DNA of 64,000 nt, from assembly GCA_907165135.1 (NCBI GenBank), contig CAJRAX010000010.1, positions 4,434 to 68,433 on the forward strand, read 5' to 3'. Each line of letters begins with the position of its first letter. The stretch's first letter is position 1. Source of the stretch: Oikopleura dioica. Taxonomy: Eukaryota > Animalia > Chordata. The notes under the pieces are model-generated. The model was not told where the DNA came from. It did not search any database and worked only from the letters and a program-made list of their open reading frames with translations. Made by a program: the position numbers and the translations under genes. Of the stretch, positions 1 to 13,400 are shown in pieces.

Positions 1-131
1 ATTTGTCTTTTATTGTGGAATTAATCAAATTAAATTCAAAATTTCTCATTCCTAATCTTATCATTTGATTCGGGAAACAGAAAAAAGCGCATGACTCTTG
101 TACAGTACCTCTTCAGGAGTTGGGGTCACCA
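1..131 (-). pseudogene. gag: 5' fragment of gag of a second family-A element, cut by the window edge; 1-bp shorter G run (72-74) than the intact copy
   Basis: 1-131 matches 31097-31227 except CGGGAAAC vs CGGGGAAAC, which would frameshift gag (mutation or homopolymer error). Confidence 0.85.
119..131 (-). promoter_or_regulatory. Primer binding site, tRNA-Trp-like (copy A1)
   Basis: Minus strand TGGTGACCCCAAC directly after the LTR end; 12/13 match to TGGTGACCCCGAC, the complement of the animal tRNA-Trp 3' end (the ASLV-type PBS). Confidence 0.75.
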
Positions 132-1430
132 TGATACGGAAGCGGCTGTCCTGCAAGAATTTTGCTCGATCTCTAACTCTAGAATGCCAAGCCAAAACAA
201 CGAGAATTAAATTTAAAATTTGCGTGGTTTTATTTATGATTTGAATGACGGAAAAAGGCGCGACGCGGGGTTAAATAGCAGCGAGATTCGATCAGTGTTT
301 TTGAACAAGCGGTTGTTTTTGAAAAACAATTTTTCTTTCGAAAACAAGGAAGAGAGCCCGTGGCTTCTTTTAGCGGTTTTTCTTGCGGGAAATCCTTTCG
401 GATCGATTTCTTTTCGGAAGAGGAGCTGGTCGAACTTGCCAAGCAAGTTATTTTCAAAGGTTTTGGGAGCCGGCGCCGCGCGTGACGAGATAAAACGCAA
501 ATTAATTATTTTTTTCATAATAAAAAGCAGAAAATAATAACAGCCACTTAAACTTCTCACTATGTGACCGTAGAAGTGACTGTTAATTATGATTGAAATA
601 AAAAAAGGATGAGAAAAGTTAAAGAATATATACAAAATTTTTACAAATAAATTGAATAAAATTTGGTCAGGATTTTATAAAATAAATTTATCAAAATTGA
701 AATCATAGAAGAAGCAAATTCCAAGGAACATACCCGGGGGAAGTTACTGTCGCGGTTCGCACCGTATCTTCTCTTACGGATGAGCTAATTTGCGACAAGC
801 GGACGCACTGACAGAGAGTTTGTCCGACCCCACGGCACCGAGATGATACGACGGTTTATCGGCTCGTTGGAGTAGTTGTTTTTGAAGAAGATGTTGACGG
901 CTATCTTGTTGTAGAAGTTGAATCGTATGAACTGTCAATAATCGAACTTTAAAAATCGCAAAGCAATGACAAGAAATATCAAGAAATAAAATAAACATGC
1001 GGTTTTGCGAATTGCATATTTTTGGATGAATTGACGTCAGATCGCACTAGAATAGTCAGAAACGAATTAAGATTTTTTCCAAAGTATGCGTACATACACC
1101 TTAATCCTAGACTGAATGAACCCTTAATTAGTTTCCGACCCGTTGATTATGATGAGAGCATATGAGCATTCCAATGGTAAAACGTATAGATCGTAAGGAG
1201 ATGACATGATGATACGACAATTTTGGGTCAATCTGGCTCGTAAAAACTGACCATCTTTTCATTTTGAGTAGAATATCGTGAAATGATTTTTTGCAAATAT
1301 GTCGGATCAATTTGGTGATACCAAGCTGACAAGACAAATTTAAACCAACGTAGAACCGAATTGGCGTAAATATTTGGCCGTGAAATAAAATTTTTTATTT
1401 GGCTTGAGGCGTTGTTCCCTAAGGATATCA
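132..1430 (-). mobile_element. 5' LTR of family-A element copy A1
   Basis: Near-identical to 24320-25615 and 31228-32525; TGATA...TATCA termini; adjoins PBS/gag; right flank AACGC is satellite core. Confidence 0.95.
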
Positions 1431-4400
1431 AACGCATCAGAATTTTTTTTATTTTTTTTCGATTTTTTTGAACTGTAAATTATCTGAAAACGCCAAAAAA
1501 CGCATCAGAATTTTTTTTATTTTTTTTATTTTTATGAACTGTAAATCATCTGAAAACGCCAAAAAACGCATCAGAATTTTTCTTAATTTTTTTTATATTT
1601 TTATGAATTGTAAATCATCTGAAAACGCCAAAAAACGCATCAGAATTTTTATTAATTTTTTTTCATTTTTATGAACTGTAAATCATCTGAAAACGCCAAA
1701 AAACGCATCAGAATTTCTTTTATTTTTTTTATTTTTATGAACTGTAAATCATCTGAAAACGCCAAAAAACGCATCAGAATTTTTTTTTTATTTTTTTTTT
1801 TTATTTTTATGAATTGTAAATCATCTGAAAACGCAAAAAAACGCATCAGAATTTTTCTTTATTTTTTCGTTTATTTTTATGAACTGTAAATTATCTGAAA
1901 ACGCCAAAAAACGCATCAGAATTTTTCTTAATTTTTTTTTTTTATGAACTGTAAATCATCTGAAAACGCCAAAAAACGCATCAGAATTTTTATTAATTTT
2001 TTTTTATTTTTTTATAAACTGTAAATTATCTGAAAACGCCAAAAAATGCATCAGAATTTTTTTTTATTTTTTTTTGTTATTTTAATGAACTGTAAATCAT
2101 CTGAAAACGCCAAAAAACGCATCAGATTTTTTATTAATTTTTTTTATATTTTTTTGTACTGTAAATTATCTGAAAACGCCAAAAAACGCATCAGAATTTT
2201 TATTAATTTTTTTTTTTATTTTCATGAACTGTAAATCATCTGAAAACGCCAAAAAACGCATCAGAATTTTTCTTAATCTTTTTTTTTATTTTTATGAATT
2301 GTAAATCATCTGAAAACGCCAAAAAACGCATCAGAATTTCCTTAATTTTTTTCGATTTTTTTGAACTGTAAATTATCTGAAAACGCAAAAAAACGCATCA
2401 GAATTTTTATTAATTTTTTTTTTTATTTTTATGAACTGTAAATCATCTGAAAACGCCAAAAAATCCATCAGAATTTTTATTTATTTTTTTTTATTATTTT
2501 TATGAACTGTAAATCATCTGAAAACGCCAAAAAACGCATCAGAATTTTTTTTATTTTTTTTTTATTTTTATGAAATGTAAATCATCTGAAAACGCCAAAA
2601 AACGCATCAGAATTTTTCTTCTTTTTTTATTTTTATGAAGTGTAAATCATCTGGAAACACCAAAAACGCATCAGAATTTTTTTTTTTTTTTCATTTTTAT
2701 GAACTGTAAATCATCTGAAAACGCCAAAGAACGCATCAGAATTTTTTATTTTTTCGATTTTTTGAACTGTAAATTATCTGAAAACGCCAAAAAACGCATC
2801 AAATTTTTTTAATTTTTTTATTTTTATGAACTGTAAATCATCTGAAAACGCCAAAAAACGCATCAGAATTTCCTTAATTTTTTTCGATTTTTTTGAACTG
2901 TAAATTATCTGAAAACGCAAAAAAACGCATCAGAATTTTTTTTATTTTTTTTCGATTTTTATGAACTGTAAATCATCTGAAAACGCCAAAAAATCCATCA
3001 GAATTTTAATTAATTTTTTTTTTATTTTTATGAACTGTAAATCATCTGAAAACGCCAAAAAACGCATCAGAATTTTTTTTTTTTTTTTATTTTTATGAAA
3101 TGTAAATCATCTGAAAACGCCAAAAAACGCATCAGAATTTTTCTTCTTTTTTTTTTATTTTTATGAAGTGTAAATCATCTGGAAACACCAAAAAACGCAT
3201 CAGAATTTTTTTTTTTTTTTCATTTTTATGAACTGTAAATCATCTGAAAACGCCAAAATACGCATCGGAATTTATATTCATTTTTTTTTTATTTTTATGA
3301 ACTGTAAATCATCTGAAAACGCCAAAAAACGCATCAAAATTTTTTATTTTTTTCGATTTTTTGAACTGTAAATTATCTGAAAACGCAAAAAAACGCATCA
3401 GAATTTTTTTATTTTTTTTTGATTTCTATGAACTGTAAATCATCTGAAAACGCCAAAAAACGCATCAGAATTTTTCTTAATTTTTTATATTTTTATGAAC
3501 TGAAAATCATCTGAAAACGCCAAAATACGCATCAGAATTTTTATTAATTTTTTATTTTTATGAACTGTTAATCATCTGAAAACGCCAAAAAACGCATCAG
3601 AATTTTTTATTTTTTCGATTTTTTGAACTGTAAATTATCTGAAAACGCCAAAAAACGCATCAGAATTTTTTATTTTTTATTTTTATGAACTGTAAATCAT
3701 CTGAAAACGCCAAAAAACGCATCAGAATTTTTCTTAATTTTTTATATTTTTATGAACTGTAAATCATCTGAAAACGCCAAAAACGCATCAGAATTTTTAT
3801 TATTTTTTTTTCATTTTTATGAACTGTAAATCATCTGAAAACGCCAAAAAACGCATCAGAATTTCTTTTTTTTTTATTTTTATGAACTGTAAATCATCTG
3901 AAAACGCCAAAAAACGCATCAGAATTTCTTTTTTTTTTTTATTTTTTTGAACTGTAAATAATCTGAAAACGCAAAAAAACGCATCAGAATTTCTATTAAT
4001 TTTTTTATTTTAATGAACTGTAAATCATCTGAAAACGCCAAAAACGCATCAGAATTTTTCTTAATTTTTTCGATTTTTATGAACTGTAAATCATCTGAAA
4101 ACGCCAAAAAACGCATCAGAATTTTTCTTAATTTTTCGTTTATTTTTATGAACTGTAAATTATCTGAAAACGCCAAAAAACGCATCAGAATTTTTTTTTT
4201 TTTTATTTTTTGAACTGTAAATTATCTGAAAACGCAAAAAAACGCATCAGAATTTTTCTTAATTTTTTTTTATATTTTTATGAACTGTAAATCATCTGAA
4301 AACGCCAAAAAACGCATCAGAATTTTTCTTAATTTTTTTCGATTTTTCTGAACTGTAAATTATCTGAAAACGCCAAAAAACGCATCAGAATTTTTCTTAA

Positions 4401-7400
4401 TTTTTTATATTTTTATGAACTGTAAATCATCTGAAAACGCCAAAAAACGCATCAGAATTTTTTTTTATTTTTTTTTTATTTTTTTGAACTGTAAATTATC
4501 TGAAAACGCAAAAAAACGCATCAGAATTTCTATTAATTTTTTTTTATTATTTTTATGAACTGTAAATCATCTGAAAACGCCAAAAAACGCATCAGAATTT
4601 TTTTTGTTTTTTTTCGATTTTTTTGAACTGTAAATTATCTGAAAACGCCAAAAAACGCATCAGAATTTTTTTTAATTTTTTTTTATTTTTATGAACTGTA
4701 AATCATCTGAAAACGCCAAAAAACGCATCAGAATTTCCTTAATTTTTTTCGATTTTTTTGAACTGTAAATTATCTGAAAACGCCAAAAACGCATCAGAAT
4801 TTTTTTATTTTTTTATTTTTATGAACTGTAAATCATCTGAAAACGCCAAAAACGCATCAGAATTTTTCTTTTTTTTTATTTTTATGAACTGTAAATCATC
4901 TGAAAACGCCAAAAACGCATCAGAATTTATATTCATTTTTTTATTTTTATGAACTGTAAATCATCTGAAAACGCCAAAAAACGCATCAGAATTTTTTTAT
5001 TTTTTTCGATTTTTTTGAACTGTAAATTATCTGAAAACGCCAAAAACGCATCAGAATTTTTTTATTTTTTTATTTTTATGAACTGTAAATCATCTGAAAA
5101 CGCCAAAAACGCATCAGAATTTTAATTAATTTTTTTTATTTTTATGAACTGTAAATCATCTGAAAACGCCAAAAACGCATCAGAATTTTTTTAATTTTTT
5201 ATATTTTTTGAACTGTAAATTATCTGAAAACGCAAAAACGCATCAGAATTTTTATTAATTTTTTATTTTTATGAACTGTAAATCATCTGAAAACGCCAAA
5301 AATCCATCAGAATTTTTATTTATTTTTTATTATTTTTATGAACTGTAAATCATCTGAAAACGCCAAAAACGCATCAGAATTTTTTTATTTTTATTTTTAT
5401 GAACTGTAAATCATCTGAAAACGCCAAAAACGCATCAGAATTTTTTTATTTTTTTTTATTTTTATGAACTGTAAATCATCTGAAAACGCCAAAAACGCAT
5501 CAGAGTTTTTTTATTTTTATGAACTGTAAATCATCTGAAAACGCCAAAAAACGCATCAGAATTTTTTTTATTTTTTTATTTTTATGAACTGTAAATCATC
5601 TGAAAACGCCAAAAAACGCATCAGAATTTTTTTTATTTTTTTTATTTTTATGAACTGTAAATCATCTGAAAACGCCAAAAAACGCATCAGAATTTTTTTT
5701 ATTTTTTTTTTTTTATGAACTGTAAATCATCTGAAAACGCCAAAAACGCATCAGAATTTTTTTTTTTTTTCGATTTTTTTGAACTGTAAATTATCTGAAA
5801 ACGCCAAAAAACGCATCAGAATTTTTTTAATTTTTTTATTTTTATGAACTGTAAATCATCTGAAAACGCCAAAAACGCATCAGAATTTTTTTTAATTTTT
5901 TTTATATTTTTTTGCACTGTAAATTATCTGAAAACGCACAAAAACGCATTTGAATTTTTATTAATTTTTTTTTTTATTTTTATGAACTGTAAATCATCTG
6001 AAAACGCCAAAAAACGCATCAGAATTTTTATTTATTTTTTTTATTATTTTTATGAACTGTAAATCATCTGAAAACGCCAAAAAACGCATCAGAATTTTTT
6101 TTAATTTTTTTTTTATTTTTATGAACTGTAAATCATCTGAAAACGCCAAAAAACGCATCAGAATTTTTTTTATTTTTTTTCGATTTTTTTGAACTGTAAA
6201 TTATCTGAAAACGCCAAAAAACGCATCAGAATTTTTTTTTTTTTTTTTTTTTGAACTGTAAATCATCTGAAAACGCCAAAAAACGCATCAGAATTTTTTT
6301 TAATTTTTTTTATATTTTTTGTACTGTAAATTATCTGAAAACGCCAAAAAACGCATCAGAATTTTTATTAATCTTTTTTTTTATTTTTATGAACTGTAAA
6401 TCATCTGAAAACGCCAAAAAACGCATCAGAATTTTTCTTAATCTTTTTTTTTATTTTTATGAACTGTAAATCATCTGAAAACGCCAAAAAACGCATCAGA
6501 ATTTCCTTAATTTTTTTCGATTTTTTTGAACTGTAAATTATCTGAAAACGCCAAAAAACGCATCAGAATTTTTATTAATTTTTTTTATTTTTATGAACTG
6601 TAAATCATCTGAAAACGCCAAAAACGCATCAGAATTTTTATTTATTTTTTTATTATTTTTATGAACTGTAAATCATCTGAAAACGCCAAAAACGCATCAG
6701 AATTTTTTTTATTTTTATTTTTATGAACTGTAAATCATCTGAAAACGCCAAAAACGCATCAGAATTTTTTTATTTTTTCGATTTTTTTGAACTGTAAATT
6801 ATCTGAAAACGCCAAAAACGCATCAGAATTTTTTTAATTTTTTTTATTTTTATGAACTGTAAATCATCTGAAAACGCCAAAAACGCATCAGAATTTCCTT
6901 AATTTTTTCGATTTTTTGAACTGTAAATTATCTGAAAACGCAAAAAAACGCATCAGAATTTTTATTAATTTTTTTTTTTATTTTTATGAACTGTAAATCA
7001 TCTGAAAACGCCAAAAAACGCATCAGAATTTTTTTTATTTTTTTTCATTTTTATGAACTGTAAATCATCTGAAAACGCCAAAAAACGCATCAGAATTTTT
7101 ATTATTTTTTTTATTTTTATGAACTGTAAATCATCTGAAAACGCCAAAAAACGCATCAGAATTTTTTTTATTTTTTTTCGATTTTTTTGAACTGTAAATT
7201 TTGAATTGTAAATCATCTGAAAACGCCAAAAAACGCATCAGAATTTATCTTAATTTTTTCGTTTATTTTTATGAACTGTAAATTATCTGAAAACGCCAAA
7301 AAACGCATCAGAAATTTTTTTAATTTTCTTTTTTATTTTTTTGAACTGTAAATTATCTGAAAACGCGAAAAACGCATCAGAATTTCTATTAATTTTTTTT

Positions 7401-10400
7401 TTATTTTTATGAACTGTAAATCATCTGAAAACGCCAAAAAACGCATCAGAATTTTTCTTTATTTTTTCGATTTTTCTGAACTGTAAATTATCTGAAAACG
7501 CCAAAAACGCATCAGAATTTTTCTTAATTTTTTATATTTTTATGAACTGTAAATCATCTGAAAACGCCAAAAACGCATCAGAATTTTTATTAATTTTTTA
7601 TTTTTATGAACTGTAAATCATCTGAAAACGCCAAAAACGCATCAGAATTTTTTAATTTTTTTATTTTTATGAACTGTAAATCATCTGAAAACGCCAAAAA
7701 CGCATCAGAATTTTTTTTAATTTTTTATTATTATGAACTGTAAATCATCTGAAACGCCAAAAACGCATCAGAATTTTTCTTAATTTTTCGTTTATTTTTA
7801 TGAACTGTAAATCATCTGAAAACGCCAAAAACGCATCAGAATTTTTCTTAATTTTTTATATTTTTATGAACTGTAAATCATCTGAAAACGCCAAAAAACG
7901 CATCAGAATTTATATTTATTTTTTTTATTTTTATGAACTGTAAATCATCTGAAAACGCAAAAACGCATCAGAATTTTTAATTAATTTTTTTATTTTTATG
8001 AACTGTAAATCATCTGAAAACGCAAAAACGCATCAGAATTTATATTTATTTTTTTATTTTTATGAACTGTTAATCATTTGAAAACGCCAAAAAACGCATC
8101 AGAATTTTTCTTAATTTTTTTCGATTTTTTTGAACTGTAAATTATCTGAAAACGCCAAAAAACGCATCAGAATTTTTTTAATTTTTTATTTTTTGAACTG
8201 TAAATTATCTGAAAACGCCAAAAACGCATCAGAATTTCTATTAATTTTTTTATTTTTATGAACTGTAAATCATCTGAAAACGCCAAAAACGCATCAGAAT
8301 TTTTTTTTATTTTTTCATTTTTATGAACTGTAAATTATCTGAAAACGCCAAAAACGCATCAGAATTTTTTAATTTTTTTATTTTTATGAACTGTAAATCA
8401 TCTGAAAACGCCAAAAAACGCATCAGAATTTCCTTAATTTTTTTCGATTTTTTTGAACTGTAAATTATCTGAAAACGCAAAAAAACGCATCAGAATTTTT
8501 TTTTTTTTGAACTGTAAATCATCTGAAAACGCCAAAAAACGCATCAGAATTTTTTTATTTTTTCGATTTTTTGAACTGTAAATTATCTGACAACGCCAAA
8601 AAACGCATCAGAATTCTTTTTAATTTTTTTTTTTTTTGAACTGTAAATCATCTGAAAACGCCAAAAAACGCATCAGAATTTTTTTAATTTTTTATATTTT
8701 TTGAACTGTAAATCATCTGAAAACGCCAAAAAACGCATCAGAATTTTTAATTTTTTTTTTATTTTTATGTACTGTAAATTATCTGAAAACGCCAAAAAAC
8801 GCATCAGAATTTTTCTTAATCTTTTTTTTTATTTTTATGAATTGTAAATCATCTGAAAACGCCAAAAAACGCATCAGAATTTCCTTAATTTTTCTCGATT
8901 TTTTTGAACTGTTAATTATCTGAAAACGCAAAAAAACGCATCAGAATTTTTATTAATTTTTTTTTTTATTTTTATGAACTGTAAATCATCTGAAAACGCC
9001 AAAAAATCCATCAGAATTTTTATTTATTTTTTTTTATTATTTTTATGAACTGTAAATCATCTGAAAACGCCAAAAAACGCATCAGAGTTTTTTTTTATTT
9101 TTTTTATTTTTATGAACTGTAAATCATCTGAAAACGCCAAAAAAGGCATCAGAATTTTTTTTTTTTTCGATTTTTTGAACTGTAAATTATCTGAAAACGC
9201 CAAAAACGCATCAGAATTTTTTTAATTTTTTATTTTTATGAACTGTAAATCATCTGAAAACGCCAAAAAACGCATCAGAATTTCCTTAATTTTTTCGATT
9301 TTTTGAACTGTAAATTATCTGAAAACGCCAAAAAACGCATCAGAATTTTTTTTAATTTTTTTATTTTTATAAACTGTAAATCATCTGAAAACGCCAAAAA
9401 CGCATCAGAATTTTTTTTATTTTTTCATTTTTATGAACTGTAAATCATCTGAAAACGCCAAAAACGCATCAGAATTTTTATTCATTTTTTTATTTTTATG
9501 AACTGTAAATCATCTGAAAACGCCAAAAACGCATCAGAATTTTTTATTTTTTCGATTTTTTGAACTGTAAATTTTGAATTGTTAATCATCTGAAAACGCC
9601 AAAAACGCATCAGAATTTTTCTTAATTTTTCGTTTATTTTTATGAACTGTAAATTATCTGAAAACGCCAAAAACGCATCAGAAATTTTTTAATTTTTTTT
9701 TTTTTGAACTGTAAATTATCTGAAAACGCGAAAAACGCATCAGAATTTCTATTAATTTTTTATTTTTATGAACTGTAAATCATCTGAAAACGCCAAAAAC
9801 GCATCAGAATTTTTCTTTATTTTTTCGATTTTTCTGAACTGTAAATTATCTGAAAACGCCAAAAAACGCATCAGAATTTTTCTTAATTTTTTTATATTTT
9901 TATGAACTGTAAATCATCTGAAAACGCCAAAAAACGCATCAGAATTTTTATTATTTTTTTTTATTTTAATGAACTGTAAATCATCTGAAAACGCCAAAAA
10001 ACGCATCAGAATTTTTTTATTTTTTTTCATTTTTATGAACTGTAAATCATCTGAAAACGCCAAAAAACGCATCAGAATTTTTTTTTAATTTTTTTTTTTA
10101 TGATGAACTGTAAATCATCTTGAAACGCCAAAAAACGCATCAGAATTTTTCTTAATTTTTTCGTTTATTTTTATGAACTGTAAATCATCTTGAAACGTCA
10201 AAAAACGCATCAGAATTTTTCTTAATTTTTTATATTTTTAAGAACTGTAAATCATCTGAAAACGCCAAAAACGCATCAGAATTTTTATTAATTTTTTTTT
10301 ATTTTTATGAACTGTAAATCATCTGAAAACGCAAAAAAAACGCATCAGAATTTTTAATTAATTTTTTTTTATTTTTATGAACTGTAAATCATCTGAAAAC

Positions 10401-13400
10401 GCAAAAACGCATCAGAATTTATATTTATTTTTTTATTTTTATGAACTGTTAATCATCTGAAAACGCCAAAAAACGCATCAGAATTTTTCTTAATTTTTTC
10501 GATTTTTTTGAACTGTAAATTATCTGAAAACGCCAAAAACGCATCAGAATTTTTTTAATTTTTTTATTTTTTTGAACTGTTAATTATCTGAAAACGCCAA
10601 AAACGCATCAGAATTTCTATTAAATTTTTTATTTTTATGAACTGTAAATCATCTGAAAACGCCAAAAACGCATCAGAATTTTTTTTTATTTTTTTCATTT
10701 TTATGAACTGTAAATTATCTGAAAACGCCAAAAACGCATCAGAATTTTTTAATTTTTTTTATTTTTATGAACTGTAAATCATCTGAAAACGCCAAAAACG
10801 CATCAGAATTTCCTTAATTTTTTCGATTTTTTGAACTGTAAATTATCTGAAAACGCAAAAAACGCATCAGAATTTTTTTTATTTTTTCGATTTTTATGAA
10901 CTGTAAATCATCTGAAAACGCCAAAAAATCGCATCAGAATTTTAATTAATTTTTTTTTTATTTTTATGAACTGTAAATCATCTGAAAACGCCAAAAAACG
11001 CATCAGAATTTTTTTTATTTTTTTATTTTTATGAAATGTAAATCATCTGAAAACGCCAAAAAACGCATCAGAATTTTTTTTCTTTTTTTTTTTTTTATGA
11101 ACTGTAAATCATCTGAAAACGCCAAAAACGCATCAGAATTTTTTCTAATTTTTTTTCATTTTTATGAACTGTAAATCATCTGAAAACGCCAAAATACGCA
11201 TCAGAAATTATATTCATTTTTTTATTTTTATGAACTGTAAATCATCTGAAAACGCCAAAAACGCATCAGAATTTTTTTTATTTTTTCGATTTTTTGAACT
11301 GTAAATTATCTGAAAACGCAAAAAAACGCATCAGAATTTTTTTATTTTTATGAACTGTAAATCATCTGAAAACGCCAAAAAACGCATCAGAATTTTTCTT
11401 TATTTTTTATATTTTTATGAACTGTAAATCATCTGAAAACGCCAAAATACGCATCAGAATTTTTATTAATTTTTTTTTTATTTTTATGAACTGTTAATCA
11501 TCTGAAAACGCCAAAAAACGCATCAGAATTTTTTTTATTTTTTTTCGATTTTTTTGAACTGTAAATTATCTGAAAACGCCAAAAAACGCATCAGAATTTT
11601 TTTTTTTTTTATTTTTATGAACTGTAAATCATCTGAAAACGCCAAAAACGCATCAGAATTTTTTAATTTTTTATATTTTTATGAACTGTAAATCATCTGA
11701 AAACGCCAAAAAACGCATCAGAATTTTTATTAATTTTTTTCATTTTTATGAACTGTAAATCATCTGAAAACGCCAAAAAACGCATCAGAATTTCTTTAAT
11801 TTTTTTTTATTTTTATGAACTGTAAATCATCTGAAAACGCCAAAAACGCATCAGAATTTTTTTAATTTTTTATTTTTATGAACTGTAAATCATCTGAAAA
11901 CGCCAAAAACGCATCAGAATTTTTCTTAATTTTTTCGTTTATTTTTATGAACTGTAAATTATCTGAAAACGCCAAAAACGCATCAGAATTTTTTTATTTT
12001 TTTTTTATTTTTTGAACTGTAAATTATCTGAAAACGCAAAAAAACGCATCAGAATTTTATTAATTTTTTTTTTTTATTTAAATGAACTGTTAATCATCTG
12101 AAATTGCCAAAAAACGCATCAGAATTTTTCTTAATTTTTTTCGATTTTTCTGAACTGTAAATTATCTGAAAACGCCAAAAAACGCATCAGAATTTTTCTT
12201 AATTTTCTTTTTTATTTTTTTGAACTGTAAATTTTGAATTGTTAATCATCTGAAAACGCCAAAAAACGCATCAGAATTTTTCTTAATTTTTTCGTTTATT
12301 TTTATGAACTGTAAATTATCTGAAAACGCCAAAAAACGCATCAGAAATTTTTTTAATTTTCTTTTTTATTTTTTTGAACTGTAAATTATCTGAAAACGCG
12401 AAAAACGCATCAGAATTTCTATTAATTTTTTTTTTATTTTTATGAACTGTAAATCATCTGAAATTGCCAAAAAACGCATCAGAATTTTTCTTTATTTTTT
12501 TCGATTTTTCTGAACTGTAAATTATCTGAAAACGCCAAAAAACGCATCAGAATTTTTCTTAATTTTTTATATTTTTATGAACTGTAAATCATCTGAAAAC
12601 GCCAAAAAACGCATCAGAATTTTTATTAATTTTTTTTTTTATTTTAATGAACTGTAAATAATCTGAAAACGCCAAAAAACGCATCAGAATTTTTTTAATT
12701 TTTTTTTTATTTTTATGAACTGTAAATCATCTGAAAACGCCAAAAAACGCATCAGAATTTTTTTTTTAATTTTTTTTTTATTATGATGAATTGTAAATCA
12801 TCTTGAAACGCCAAAAAACGCATCAGAATTTTTCTTAATTTTTTCGTTTATTTTTATGAACTGTAAATCATCTGAAAACGTCAAAAAACTTATCAGAATT
12901 TTTCTTAATTTTTTTTATATTTTTAAGAACTGTAAACCATCTGAAAACGCCAAAAAACGCATCAGAATTTATATTTATTTTTTTCTATTTTTATGAACTG
13001 TAAATCATCTGAAAACGCAAAAAAAACGCATCAGAATTTTTAATTAATTTTTTTTTTTATTTTTATGAACTGTAAATCATCTAAAAACGCAAAAAACGCA
13101 TCAGAATTTATATTTATTTTTTTTTATTTTTATGAACTGTTAATCATTTAAAAACGCCAAAAAACGCATCAGAATTTTTCTTAATTTTTTTCGATTTTTT
13201 TGAACTGTAAATTATCTGAAAACGCCAAAAAACGCATCAGAATTTTTTTTTAATTTTTTTTTTATTTTTTTGAACTGTTAATTATCTGAAAACGCCAAAA
13301 AACGCATCAGACTTTCTATTAAATTTTTTTTTTATTTTTATGAACTGTAAATCATCTGAAAACGCCAAAAAACGCATCAGAATTTTTTTTTTTTTTTTTC

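Noticed and set aside
220-1437. Short ORFs on both strands within LTRs A and B (e.g. 220-537, 774-998, 36323-36559, 36406-36690)
   Set aside because: No recognisable domains, overlapping in several frames, and reproduced only because the LTRs are duplicated
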